Shown here piece after piece: positions 21,028-30,897 of a DNA stretch of 64,000 nucleotides. The notes below the pieces were generated by a model. It did no database searches. It was not told the DNA's origin and saw nothing but the letters and a program-made list of their open reading frames with translations. Numbering within the stretch: position 1 is the stretch's first letter; each line of letters opens with the position of its first letter. Made by a program: the position numbers and the translations under genes. This stretch comes from Candidatus Hydrogenedentota bacterium. Lineage in GTDB: Bacteria; Hydrogenedentota; Hydrogenedentia; Hydrogenedentales; SLHB01. The DNA is taken from positions 1 through 64,000 of the forward strand of contig BTWA01000015.1 of the NCBI GenBank assembly GCA_045863295.1. Direction: 5' to 3'.

Positions 21028-22239
21028 ATGACCAAGTTCCACACTATGCAGGCTATCTTGACTTTGGCTGCTGCAACCACTCCAATCGGGTGGTGTGAGC
21101 ACCTTGCCGGCAACTCCCCATTCAAGGAACATGTTGTAGACGAAAACTTCCAAAACGGCTACCAAGTATGCGTGACCGACATCAATGCCGACGGCCTACC
21201 AGACATTGCCGCCCTGTCCACAACACCCTCCCAACTTGTTTGGTTCAAGAATCCAAAATGGGAAAAGTTCACCATCTCCACCAAAGCCGAGCGCAACATC
21301 GATCTCGCCCCCTACGACATCGATCGTGACGGCGACATGGACCTGGCACTCGCCACGGGATTCGATCTCGGCAACTCGAACGAAGGCGGCCAAGTTTTCT
21401 GGGCCGAGTGTCCCGATGCGCCGGAGACTGATCAGGAATGGGCCCTGCACCCCATCGACACAGTCCCCACGTCGCACCGCGTCCGCTGGGCCGACGTCAA
21501 CGGCGACGGACGCAAGGAACTAATCAATCTGCCCATCATCGGTATCGGCGCCGCCGCACCTCAATATGAAGGCGGCGTGCAATTCAAAGCCTACACCCTT
21601 CCGGAGGACCCAATCGCAGGCAAGTGGGAACCGCAAATAATCGACAACACTCTCGAAATGGCGCACGGCCTATTCGTTGTGCCTTCCGTGAATATGGGCA
21701 ACAACGCACTCATCACCGCCAGCTTCGGCGGTATTCATATGTACGTTCGAACGACTTTGAAAAAGGAGTTCATCAAATCGCTTATCGGAGAAGGAGACCG
21801 GAATCCACGCCCAAAACAAGGTTCGAGCGAAGCCGCGCTCGGCAGACTCAAAAAGCCGGATTCGTTCTGCGTTGCCGCCATCGAACCCTGGCATGGCAAC
21901 CAAGTCGTCGTATATACACCCACCCGCGACGGAACCGCCCCGTGGCCGCGCACCGTCATCGACGACACTCTCAGCGACGGCCACGCACTCGCCTGTGCCG
22001 ATTTCAACGGCGACGGCAACGACGAAATCATTGCCGGATGCCGCGGCGAACCCAAAAGCATCTTCATCTACGATCACAACGCCGAATCGCAAGTCTGGGC
22101 TCGCTCCGTTCTCAACGACGCCGGTATCGCCTGTGCCGGCCTGTTCATCGCGGACATGAACGACGACTCTCGCGCCGATATCGTAGCCATCGGCACATCC
22201 ACGAACAATGTGGTATGGTACGAGAACCTCGCTCCCTGA
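21028..22239 (+). CDS. FG-GAP/VCBS-repeat beta-propeller (aldos-2-ulose dehydratase N-domain-like)
   Basis: Repeated D-x-N/D-x-D-G-x-x-D motifs; HRVRWAD, AIEPWHGNQVVVY, GHALACAD. Confidence 0.8.
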   Translation: MTKFHTMQAILTLAAATTPIGWCEHLAGNSPFKEHVVDENFQNGYQVCVTDINADGLPDIAALSTTPSQLVWFKNPKWEKFTISTKAERNIDLAPYDIDRDGDMDLALATGFDLGNSNEGGQVFWAECPDAPETDQEWALHPIDTVPTSHRVRWADVNGDGRKELINLPIIGIGAAAPQYEGGVQFKAYTLPEDPIAGKWEPQIIDNTLEMAHGLFVVPSVNMGNNALITASFGGIHMYVRTTLKKEFIKSLIGEGDRNPRPKQGSSEAALGRLKKPDSFCVAAIEPWHGNQVVVYTPTRDGTAPWPRTVIDDTLSDGHALACADFNGDGNDEIIAGCRGEPKSIFIYDHNAESQVWARSVLNDAGIACAGLFIADMNDDSRADIVAIGTSTNNVVWYENLAP

Positions 22240-22753
22240 AAGTGCCTGCCCAGACATCCAGGTGCGGCATGAGTGCCGGAGGAGACGCGCGTGAACGATT
22301 GGATATGTACCAAGGTAAGGATTCAGTCCGCGGCGGAAACCTATACACTTGATCTCGCCCCCGAAATGAACCACTTGCCTACGAGCGTAGATTTCCACGC
22401 GCGAAAGGACTTGCCGGCGCCACCTTCGGTTCGCCATCACAATGGCGACATGCTTGGAATGCCTGCATGCTAGAAAAGTGGGACCCCGATGTCTGCCACA
22501 CCGTAATTGAGACCAAGGGCTGGCGAAACGGGGATAGTGCATCGCTGCCGGAGATCTTTGGGCAACGCAGGAACAATATTCTGTGGATGCTGCTATTGGC
22601 GTACCAAGCCTCACCACTATGGTGGAAGTCCGCCTGAACGACGCTGAGCCCGATCAGAACGTCCAAGAGGCCTTCGAGAATTCGGGCGCGATACCCAGAA
22701 GCTACGAGATGGTATAGCATTTTGCCGTGCGAACAGTGTGCCGATCGGCTAGT

Positions 22754-23179
22754 TTACGCAGCTCTGTCCAACTTTCCAACCCGTCCGCGCCACGCCAGCA
22801 TCACCGCAGCAAGAGCATCGAAACCCAAGACTACGATCCCCCCAAACATGACACTCAACACCCAACCCGCAAACGTGCCCGAGTTGCGGCTATCCTGATA
22901 ATCGACCGCAGCGGTAATTACATAGGCCGAAATTACCAGCCCCAACAATACCGACACATTCACCCGCACCAGCCACCACCAACGCCCCGCCCAGGGAAAC
23001 GCAAACGTCAAAAACGTCAACGGCGTCAACGGCACGGCCAACAACCACCACCACTTCTCCAGAGAGACGCTCCCTGCTTCAGTTGGTGGTTCATTCCCCC
23101 CAGCCAACCGCGCCATGCAAAGGTACACAACAATCCAGTACATCTCAGGTCCTGCAAAAAAATTAAGCAAACGCTTCAT
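22754..23179 (-). CDS. Small hypothetical membrane protein
   Basis: 141 aa with about 4 hydrophobic segments; co-oriented downstream of the beta-helix gene. Confidence 0.6.
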   Translation of the reverse strand: MKRLLNFFAGPEMYWIVVYLCMARLAGGNEPPTEAGSVSLEKWWWLLAVPLTPLTFLTFAFPWAGRWWWLVRVNVSVLLGLVISAYVITAAVDYQDSRNSGTFAGWVLSVMFGGIVVLGFDALAAVMLAWRGRVGKLDRAA

Positions 23180-23243
23180 CGATTCATCGCCAGAATAAGT
23201 CCCAAGTTTGCCTTATGGCCTTTCTGTCTTTTCAGTCTCTTCC

Positions 23244-25250
23244 TCATTCTCTTCTCCATTCATCTGTATACATGCCAATCGCATCAAACGGAATGGGCCG
23301 GAAATCCGGCAACCGCTGGTAAATGACTGAATCCGGCTTCAGCGCGTAATTTCCATTCGCCGCGTCCACAAACCCCGCGTCCATGCGCAACACGAGCGTA
23401 TCGCCGAGTTGCCAGTCGCCTTCGGCCACGTTCTTGCACTTGACCACCACGTTGCACTCGCCGAGGTTCAGCCGGGGAGCTTGCCAACTATCGAAATAAC
23501 CGGCGAGCGCGGGATACTTGTTCAAATATACGGCCGACGTTATGTCCACTTCCTTCAACAGCCGGGTCTGCCACAATTCCTCACCCAGCCATTGCTTCCA
23601 CATATCCGGACCCCACGGCGCATGCCCCATCGCCTTTGCGCAATCAACAAAAATATTGTTCTTGACGAGGTTATCGTGCCCGCCGTGGATGAATACGGCA
23701 CCAAAACTGCCGCCCGCGGCGCGCACAAACACATTACCCATTACCTGTTGTCCGCCGGTGCCGTCATCGAAATACACCGCGCAACTGCCATGGGCGAAAT
23801 CGCTTCCCACATCATGAAAATAATTGTATCGAATCACCGATCCGCGCTCGGAGGGATTCCGCCCCATGTACAACGCCCCGCAATCGTCGGAGTCCATCCC
23901 GACGCGGTAGACTTCGTTGAACTCGAATACGTGGTCGTTCCCGCTGAACAACACGCTCTGGTGCGGCGCATCGTGAATCTCGTTGTGCGCCACGCGAATC
24001 CCCACGCCGTTCATCGTAATGTGATATGCCGCAGTCCGTTGCCGCCTCGATACATGGTGGAGATGACAATTCACAATTTCATGGCGCGACGAAGTCAACG
24101 TCTTGCGATCCCCGCCGTCTATCCGAATCCCATGCGTGCCCGTGTCGTGAATGTCGCACGATTCAATCCGGTGCGCCTCCCCTCCTTCCACAATGACCCC
24201 TTCCATTCCCGTGTTGCGAATCGTGCAACCCCTAATCCGGACACCCTCTCCCCCCTTCACGTGAATCCCCGGACCCGCAGTGGTCTCAACGGTTAACCCT
24301 TCGAATGCAATACCATCAGCGTCGGCAACCTGGATCGCAGGCTCCGTCAGCAACGACAGTGCAACCGTGGCGCCTTCCAATGGATCGGGTGGCCAAAAAT
24401 ACAACACCCCCCTTTCCCGGTCGATGTAATACTCGCCCGGCACATCCAGCTCTTCCAGTAGATTGAACGCAATGTACCGCCTTGGCGCGGGATTCCCACT
24501 GCCAATTCCGTAGTGATGTTGCGTCGCCAACGTTATCTGTTTCGTCTCGGTGTCAATCTGCGCCGCCTTGATGCTTTCGATCGACCAATCGAAACACCAG
24601 TACCCCTGCAGCCACACCCCCGGCGCGTTTACCCAACGCGAAGGACGTTCCCCACTGTATTTGAATACCCCTTGCTTGTCCGACGCATGGTTGCGCCAAG
24701 GCGCAGGACCGCTCTCAATCACCTCCGCAATTTCCGCCCAGCCTTCGTTTGGCCACCGCGCCAGCGTCATGCGAACTCCATTGAAAAAGAGTTCAGGAAC
24801 TAAAGGAGGCGAGGTGAAATTTACAGGCATTTCTCCGACCGCCCCTACACCCATCGCCTTCAAATCGGCTACCACAACCGACCCGCGCGCAGACTCCTCC
24901 AATCGCGCCAAATCGCCCGAATCCGACACTGGACGGAATTGACCCGCCTCAACCTTCGCACCCCCAACAAGGATCGGCGTCGTACCCGCTTTGGCGCGAT
25001 ACGTCGTATCGCGATCGCTTTCTTCGATCCGAATCGGCGCGGTAACGGGGTAAACTCCGCCGTCAAGCCACACAGTCGCGGGCCCATGACCAGGCAAAGC
25101 ACGAAGCGCATTTCGTGCTTCTTCGACTGATCGGAACGGCGCATCGACAGTGCCCGTCCCACCACCGGCAGCTAGGGAAGAAACATGCAATTCCAAGGCG
25201 CCCGCCGCTGAAACACAGGCACTCAGAGTCAACGCACAAAGGAGCCTCAT
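23244..25250 (-). CDS. Secreted right-handed parallel beta-helix protein (GH141-like)
   Basis: GGAGG RBS; signal peptide; ARWPN, ELDVPGEYY, DCGALYMG, YFDDG; repeated I-x-x-C/N-x-I-H-D/N coils. Confidence 0.8.
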   Translation of the reverse strand: MRLLCALTLSACVSAAGALELHVSSLAAGGGTGTVDAPFRSVEEARNALRALPGHGPATVWLDGGVYPVTAPIRIEESDRDTTYRAKAGTTPILVGGAKVEAGQFRPVSDSGDLARLEESARGSVVVADLKAMGVGAVGEMPVNFTSPPLVPELFFNGVRMTLARWPNEGWAEIAEVIESGPAPWRNHASDKQGVFKYSGERPSRWVNAPGVWLQGYWCFDWSIESIKAAQIDTETKQITLATQHHYGIGSGNPAPRRYIAFNLLEELDVPGEYYIDRERGVLYFWPPDPLEGATVALSLLTEPAIQVADADGIAFEGLTVETTAGPGIHVKGGEGVRIRGCTIRNTGMEGVIVEGGEAHRIESCDIHDTGTHGIRIDGGDRKTLTSSRHEIVNCHLHHVSRRQRTAAYHITMNGVGIRVAHNEIHDAPHQSVLFSGNDHVFEFNEVYRVGMDSDDCGALYMGRNPSERGSVIRYNYFHDVGSDFAHGSCAVYFDDGTGGQQVMGNVFVRAAGGSFGAVFIHGGHDNLVKNNIFVDCAKAMGHAPWGPDMWKQWLGEELWQTRLLKEVDITSAVYLNKYPALAGYFDSWQAPRLNLGECNVVVKCKNVAEGDWQLGDTLVLRMDAGFVDAANGNYALKPDSVIYQRLPDFRPIPFDAIGMYTDEWRRE

Positions 25251-25455
25251 CGCAACTACGCCTCCAGGCCATGGGCCGGTCTATGGTCTCGCTTGTCAAT
25301 TACCGCCGACATCATTGTATAATTGACGCGTCTTGGGCAACGGTTCGGGCCAAAATATCACGAAGAAGATTCGGATACGGCGTTCGCGGTTCCTCACGCC
25401 GACTCCTCTCGTTCGGCGAGCAAGTTCAAGCCGTCCATACATCGGAGAATGTCTC

Positions 25456-26754
25456 ATGCGTTTCGTAAAGTACCCTCGGCACCATGGTCTCGCCAGCTTT
25501 TGCCTGGCCCTGTTGGCGGCCGCCCTGCCGGCCGTGTCACAGGAGTCGGCTTTGCCGACCATCGACGAAGTGATGTCCCGCGCTCTCGAAAAGAACACCG
25601 GTAACACAAGCTACAAAGCCGATTTGAATATGAACATGTCCATCCAGGGCATGACCATTGCCTGCACCGGCGTCATACAGGCCAAAGATAACCAGTTCCG
25701 AATCGACATGGATATGCCGATCATGGGGACTAGCGTCAAAACTAAAACCATCATGATGGCCGACGGTATGATGTACACAGAAACCCTGCGAGGCGGCGCC
25801 ACGGACGTCCTGAAGTACGATCGAAACGTCGTGGAAGCCAAAATGAAAGAGCTCTACGGCGAAGAATTCATTGGCGGGATGGGAGACCCCAGTTCAAACA
25901 ACAACGATCCGCGCGTAATGCTGCAAAACATGAAGACCCAATTCGACCTGGAAGTGACGGGCGTAGATACCGTCGAAGGCGTCGATGTGTATGTGTTGCG
26001 CGGAAAGATGAAAGAGGGCCTGTCCAAAAAAGTCGACCCGTCGAACACCATGTCCGCCATGGGCTTCGATATGAGCAACGTAGAGTACAAATTGGGAAAG
26101 GAAGACGGATTCCTGCGCTCCTTTGGCTACCCGCAAAAAGACGGCACCTATTCCATGCAAATGGTCTACAAGAACGTTGAATTCAACCCCGAGATCGACA
26201 AGGAAATCTTCGAATATTCGCCCCCGGAAGGCGTGGAAGTCATTGACAGCACGGAAATGATCGTGGCGCAGATGAAAGCTATGCGTGAAGGCCCGGCCTC
26301 GGCATCGCCAGCGGCTGCAGGTCAAGGGGGTGCTGTAATTGGTGAGCCGGCCATGGACTTTGCGGGAACCACCCACGATGGTAAGCCGTTCAAATTGGAG
26401 GACTACAAGGGCAAAGTCGTGCTCATCGACTTTTGGGCCACCTGGTGCGGACCGTGCGTGGCCGAAATGCCGAACGTCATTACGGCCTATAACAAACACC
26501 ACGACAAGGGTTTAGAGATTGTCGGCGTCAGCCTGGACGACTCCGCGGACGCCATCGTCGACTTCCTCAAAGAGCGACCCACCATGACCTGGATTCATCT
26601 CTTTGACGGCAAAGGCTGGGACAGTGCCATCGTAAACCAATACGAGATTTCCAGCATCCCGTCGACAGTGCTAATCGACCGGGAAGGCATCGTCCGCCAC
26701 GTAAATCTGCGCGGAAAGGCACTCGAACAAGCTATTGAGGGTTTATTACAGTAA
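25456..26754 (+). CDS. TlpA-family thiol:disulfide oxidoreductase fused to an N-terminal LolA-like domain
   Basis: Signal peptide; YKNVEFNPEIDKEIFEYSPPEGVEVID (LolA-like end); DFWATWCGPC; SIPSTVLIDREG. Confidence 0.8.
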   Translation: MRFVKYPRHHGLASFCLALLAAALPAVSQESALPTIDEVMSRALEKNTGNTSYKADLNMNMSIQGMTIACTGVIQAKDNQFRIDMDMPIMGTSVKTKTIMMADGMMYTETLRGGATDVLKYDRNVVEAKMKELYGEEFIGGMGDPSSNNNDPRVMLQNMKTQFDLEVTGVDTVEGVDVYVLRGKMKEGLSKKVDPSNTMSAMGFDMSNVEYKLGKEDGFLRSFGYPQKDGTYSMQMVYKNVEFNPEIDKEIFEYSPPEGVEVIDSTEMIVAQMKAMREGPASASPAAAGQGGAVIGEPAMDFAGTTHDGKPFKLEDYKGKVVLIDFWATWCGPCVAEMPNVITAYNKHHDKGLEIVGVSLDDSADAIVDFLKERPTMTWIHLFDGKGWDSAIVNQYEISSIPSTVLIDREGIVRHVNLRGKALEQAIEGLLQ

Positions 26755-26886
26755 GAAGCAGCCCGGTTCCGCCCCTTGTCAAGGGCGAAGTTTACTTTTA
26801 CAAATCCGGGCCTTTCGGTCTATACTACGGAATTGCCGTATGTGCGAGGTCTAGGCTGTACCTCGAACCAGTGGAGAATGTGCCCT

Positions 26887-27087
26887 ATGTTTAGTATGCC
26901 GGGCGGATGGGAATGGATTATCATCGCCTTCATTGTGGTCGTCATTTTTGGCGCGGGAAAGCTCCCGCAAGCCGCCCGCTCCATGGGCCAAGCCATCAAT
27001 GAGTTCAAGGAAGGGGTGAAGAAGAAAGACGACGACAACGACAAGTTCGCCAAGTCGTCCACCGACGAAAGCACCCATACCCCCTGA
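26887..27087 (+). CDS. tatA: Sec-independent translocase subunit TatA/E
   Basis: GGWEWIIIAFIVVVIFGAGKLP...MGQAINEFKEG. Confidence 0.92.
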   Translation: MFSMPGGWEWIIIAFIVVVIFGAGKLPQAARSMGQAINEFKEGVKKKDDDNDKFAKSSTDESTHTP

Positions 27088-27108
27088 ATCGCCGTTCCTG
27101 ATTGTCCG

Positions 27109-28527
27109 CTATTCCAAAAGCGGAGCCGCCAGGGATTCCAGAATGTCGTGAGCCAACCGGCGCACAGCCATCGTGCTGTCGCCGGTTTTCTGTTCCAGCA
27201 AATCCTTTAATTCGACCGCGTCCATGCCCATCTGCTTCACGGCTTCCAGCGCCTCGATCTGCACTTTCACGTCATGATGACGCAGGCACTCCGCCAACAC
27301 GGGACATACCAGATCCAGCGGCGCCCCCAGCGAAATCAATGCGCCACAGGCCGCCACCCGTACGCTCGCATCGTAGTCCACGCAACGCTGCTGAATCGCG
27401 GCGACGACCTCCATGCTGTCGTCGCCCAAACGCCCCAGCGCCTCCACCGCCGCCGCGCGTAACTCGCTGTCTTCGTCGGTGAGCGCCTGCAACAGTCTCG
27501 GATTTACCGGCATGCCCACGGCCGAAAGGCGTCCAAGCGCCTTCATGGCACGCACCTGAACCAGCGGATGCGGATCGCACAGCCGGTTATTCACCGCAAT
27601 CTGGATCGCTGGAATCATGGATTTCTGTGCCGCGGCCAGCCCCTCCAAGGCCTCCAACGCAAAAAGGCGCACCGCCGGCTCCCCATCCGCCAAGGCCGCA
27701 AGCAAGTGCGGCAATGCCGCCACTCCAACTCGGCCAAGCCGCTGCAGCGCCTGCGCGGCCTTGCGCCGCACATCGGCCGCCGAATCGCTCAGGCAGCGCG
27801 CCACACACTCCACATGCACCGGACGGTCCAGCGGTAAACGCGACACCGCCTCAAGCACGCTCGATCGCACTTCCACCACGGGATCGCTCAGCGCAATCAA
27901 TAGCCCCTCCACCGTCTTTCCCAAGGCTACCGGCCAACGGGCAAGCCCCTGCGCCGCGTGCACACGGACCGTGGCCACCGGATCGCGTAGCCCATGGCAC
28001 AGCACCGATTCGATCCGGGGATCGCCGGATTCGATTTCCGATAACGACTGCAACACCGCCGACCGCACGTCGGAGGATTCATCACGGGCCGCGTGAATTA
28101 GGGCCTCAGTAACTTCCAGTTCATCCGGCTTCAGCGCACCCACGGCATATACGCACGTCATCCGGACTCCCGCATCGGAGTCGGACAACGCTGCAACCAA
28201 TTCCGGCAGCGCCTCAGCCCCGCGATCGCCCAGTCGCGCGATGGCCACCGCGCTCCACTGCCGCACATCCGCATCGCCATGCGACATTTGCCGCCGGAAG
28301 GTATCGATCAAATCGGGCTTTACCCGCAACGCGGATGCGCCGAATTCGGAAAGCACAAACGCCGCCGCCGAAGCATGAACCGGATTGCCTTCCCACAATA
28401 TGTCCGCCAGCAGTGGAATGGCATCCGCCCCATGACGCCCCATCGCCGCAAGTGATCGCGCGGAGGCCATGACCTCCTTGCGCGTACGGCCCGTGCGCAT
28501 CTTCTCCGCAATCTGGCGCGCGTTCAT
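27109..28527 (-). CDS. HEAT/PBS-lyase repeat protein
   Basis: More than 10 repeats of L-x-D-x-x-x-x-V-R-x-x-A-x-x-A-L. Confidence 0.88.
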   Translation of the reverse strand: MNARQIAEKMRTGRTRKEVMASARSLAAMGRHGADAIPLLADILWEGNPVHASAAAFVLSEFGASALRVKPDLIDTFRRQMSHGDADVRQWSAVAIARLGDRGAEALPELVAALSDSDAGVRMTCVYAVGALKPDELEVTEALIHAARDESSDVRSAVLQSLSEIESGDPRIESVLCHGLRDPVATVRVHAAQGLARWPVALGKTVEGLLIALSDPVVEVRSSVLEAVSRLPLDRPVHVECVARCLSDSAADVRRKAAQALQRLGRVGVAALPHLLAALADGEPAVRLFALEALEGLAAAQKSMIPAIQIAVNNRLCDPHPLVQVRAMKALGRLSAVGMPVNPRLLQALTDEDSELRAAAVEALGRLGDDSMEVVAAIQQRCVDYDASVRVAACGALISLGAPLDLVCPVLAECLRHHDVKVQIEALEAVKQMGMDAVELKDLLEQKTGDSTMAVRRLAHDILESLAAPLLE

Positions 28528-28540
28528 ACCGTTGCATCCC

Positions 28541-29926
28541 TCATGGAATGTCGTACTCCTTGAGCTTACGATACAACGTACGCAACCCTATCCCCAACGT
28601 CTTCGCGCACGTCTCCTTGTTGAAGCCGCACACCTTCATCGTCTCCTCAATCACAATACGCTCCACCTCGCTCATCGGCGTCCCCGTGGGAATGCGGATT
28701 TCCCCGATTTCGGGCGTGGTGCTCTTCCGCACATGGACCGGGATGTCCTGCACGTCGATTGCCTTGCCAGGCTTGGACAACACCACCATCCCTTCGATGA
28801 TATTGCGCAACTCACGCACATTCCCCGGCCAGTCGTACCGCATCAACAATTCCATCGCGTTCCGCGTAATTCCCGCGGCCTCGCGCTGATTCGCCCGGCT
28901 AGTCTCGCGCAAGAAATGATCCACTAACAACGGCAAATCCTCGCGACGCTCCCGCAACGCCGGCAACGCAATCGTCACCACCCGCAGCCGGTAATACAAA
29001 TCCTCCCGGAACGTCCCCGCTTTCACCATATCCTCAAGCGACCGGTGCGTTGCCGCCAACAAACGCACGTCCACGGACAACGTCCGCGAGTCCCCCAGCC
29101 GCTCGAATTGTTGATTCTCCAGCACCCGCAACAACTTCGCCTGCAACGGCAAACTCAACTCGCCGATTTCATCCAGGAACAACGTCCCTTTGTCTGCCAC
29201 TTCAAACCGGCCTTTGCGGGATTGAATCGCCCCCGTAAACGCGCCCGCCACATGCCCAAACAATTCGCTCTCCACCAACGCATCGGGGATGCTCGCACAA
29301 TCCAGCTTTACAAACGGCGCGTCTCGCCGCGGGCTGTTCGTATGGATCGCCTGGGCCAGCAGGTCCTTTCCCACACCGGTCTCGCCGTGAATCAACACCG
29401 TCGATCGCGTCGGCGCAATCTGCCTGATCAGGCTGTACACCCGCGTCATCTTCCGAGACTTGCCAATCAGATTCCCCAAACCGAACTGCTCGTCCAGCCG
29501 TTTCTTCAACTCAAACTGTTCCAGCACCAGCCGCTGCCGGCCCAGCCCTTGCTCAATCACCGCCTCCAACTTGCCCAGATTCAGCGGCTTCGTCTGAAAA
29601 TCATACGCCCCTTCCCGCATCGCCTCCGTCGCCCGCGCCACATCCGGCTGCTGTGCAATCAATACCACGCAGATTTCAGGATTCCTGTCTTTCGCCAATG
29701 CCATCAAGCGCATGCCATTGATCCTAGGTGCGCTCAACTCCGTGATCAGAACGTCGAACGGACGGCTGTCCAAAAGGTTGTAGGCCTTCTCCCCATCATC
29801 CACCTCATCGACCCGATACCCCCGCTCCAACAAATATGCCATCACCGGACGCACCACTTCCGGATCACGATCCACCAGCAACACCGACGCGATCGGCGTC
29901 TCCAACCCCAAATCTTCCTCGCTCAC
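28541..29926 (-). CDS. NtrC-family sigma-54 enhancer-binding protein with atypical receiver domain
   Basis: REC + AAA+ ([35 protein letters not shown]) + Fis HTH; phosphoacceptor position reads ITEL. Confidence 0.92.
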   Translation of the reverse strand: MSEEDLGLETPIASVLLVDRDPEVVRPVMAYLLERGYRVDEVDDGEKAYNLLDSRPFDVLITELSAPRINGMRLMALAKDRNPEICVVLIAQQPDVARATEAMREGAYDFQTKPLNLGKLEAVIEQGLGRQRLVLEQFELKKRLDEQFGLGNLIGKSRKMTRVYSLIRQIAPTRSTVLIHGETGVGKDLLAQAIHTNSPRRDAPFVKLDCASIPDALVESELFGHVAGAFTGAIQSRKGRFEVADKGTLFLDEIGELSLPLQAKLLRVLENQQFERLGDSRTLSVDVRLLAATHRSLEDMVKAGTFREDLYYRLRVVTIALPALRERREDLPLLVDHFLRETSRANQREAAGITRNAMELLMRYDWPGNVRELRNIIEGMVVLSKPGKAIDVQDIPVHVRKSTTPEIGEIRIPTGTPMSEVERIVIEETMKVCGFNKETCAKTLGIGLRTLYRKLKEYDIP

Positions 29927-30071
29927 AAAGCCACAACCCTTTTAGTTAAACGGATTTACAAAATATTCTACCAAACCCCACCCAAACCCGCAAAAACACC
30001 TCCCTCAAAGTCGGTCTCCGACTTGCCCGCCGCACCCCGGCCGACGCCCTTCGCCTTGTCCGCCACATCCC

Positions 30072-30156
30072 GGCCTGAAAGGCCATAACAAAACAGCCCA
30101 GGGCAACGCCCTGGGATTTACGAACACTCCCTTACCGCATTGCGCCCTGTAAGGGC
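30072..30156. repeat. REP-like composite palindromic element
   Basis: GGCCTGAAAGGCC (30072-84), CCCAGGGCAACGCCCTGGG (30097-115), GCCCTGTAAGGGC (30144-56). Confidence 0.7.
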
Positions 30157-30243
30157 AGAACAATTCCCCCAGTTGAAGCCACGATTCCCAGCCCAACCGA
30201 TGCCCCGGGTCGGGCCAGTGGTCGACAGCCCACCACCAATCTC

Positions 30244-30897
30244 TCAACCAACGGTTTGGGATATACACGGCACGATGAGCAGCCCCGTTTCTGGTTCACC
30301 ATAGGCTTTGCAGGCGGCACCGATGGCGGCTCGGTGCGCGGTGAGCGCGCAGAGGGCGGCGTCGATCCAATCGATATTGGTGAGGGTGGTTGTGTCGATA
30401 CCGGCGGCATGGAGCAGGGCAATACGATCCCGGCGTTTGTTTCGTCCGGTGATTGGAGGCGTTCCCAGCGCGTGGGTAATGGCATGAGGAAACGTCTCCA
30501 GGCAGACATTGGCATTCCGATTCACAGGCAACGCCAGGCACAGCGGATGCGTGGATTCGAATGCACGGTAGATCGCTTCACCGATCAACATCCACCCGTA
30601 ATGGTTGGTGCGATGGCCGATCGCGGCGGCGCGCGTGGGCGTGGAGAAGCACATGATCTTTTCGCTCATCAATTGCCACTCGGCAGGCCGTGCTCGGCCA
30701 TCCAAGCTCCATCGGCAGGGCGCATCTATCGCAACCACCCGCGCACGCAACCTAGTGCGGCACCATTCGACGATTTGGGCTACGTCGCAGGAGTGAAATC
30801 GATCATAATACGCACCGTCTTGAAGCGCGACGGCGTGGATGCCCTTTTTCTTGCCGCCTACGTCGATACCGGCGGTGATGCTCTGTGGATTATTCAT
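30244..30897 (-). CDS. DUF429 family predicted nuclease (RNase H-like fold)
   Basis: GIDVG, VAIDAP, ETFPHA and IDAALCALTA motifs. Confidence 0.85.
   Translation of the reverse strand: MNNPQSITAGIDVGGKKKGIHAVALQDGAYYDRFHSCDVAQIVEWCRTRLRARVVAIDAPCRWSLDGRARPAEWQLMSEKIMCFSTPTRAAAIGHRTNHYGWMLIGEAIYRAFESTHPLCLALPVNRNANVCLETFPHAITHALGTPPITGRNKRRDRIALLHAAGIDTTTLTNIDWIDAALCALTAHRAAIGAACKAYGEPETGLLIVPCISQTVG

Noticed and set aside
30884..30892. DnaA-box-like TGTGGATTA near the skew flip
   Set aside because: Isolated one-mismatch 9-mer inside a coding region; no cluster found at 29.9-32.5 kb
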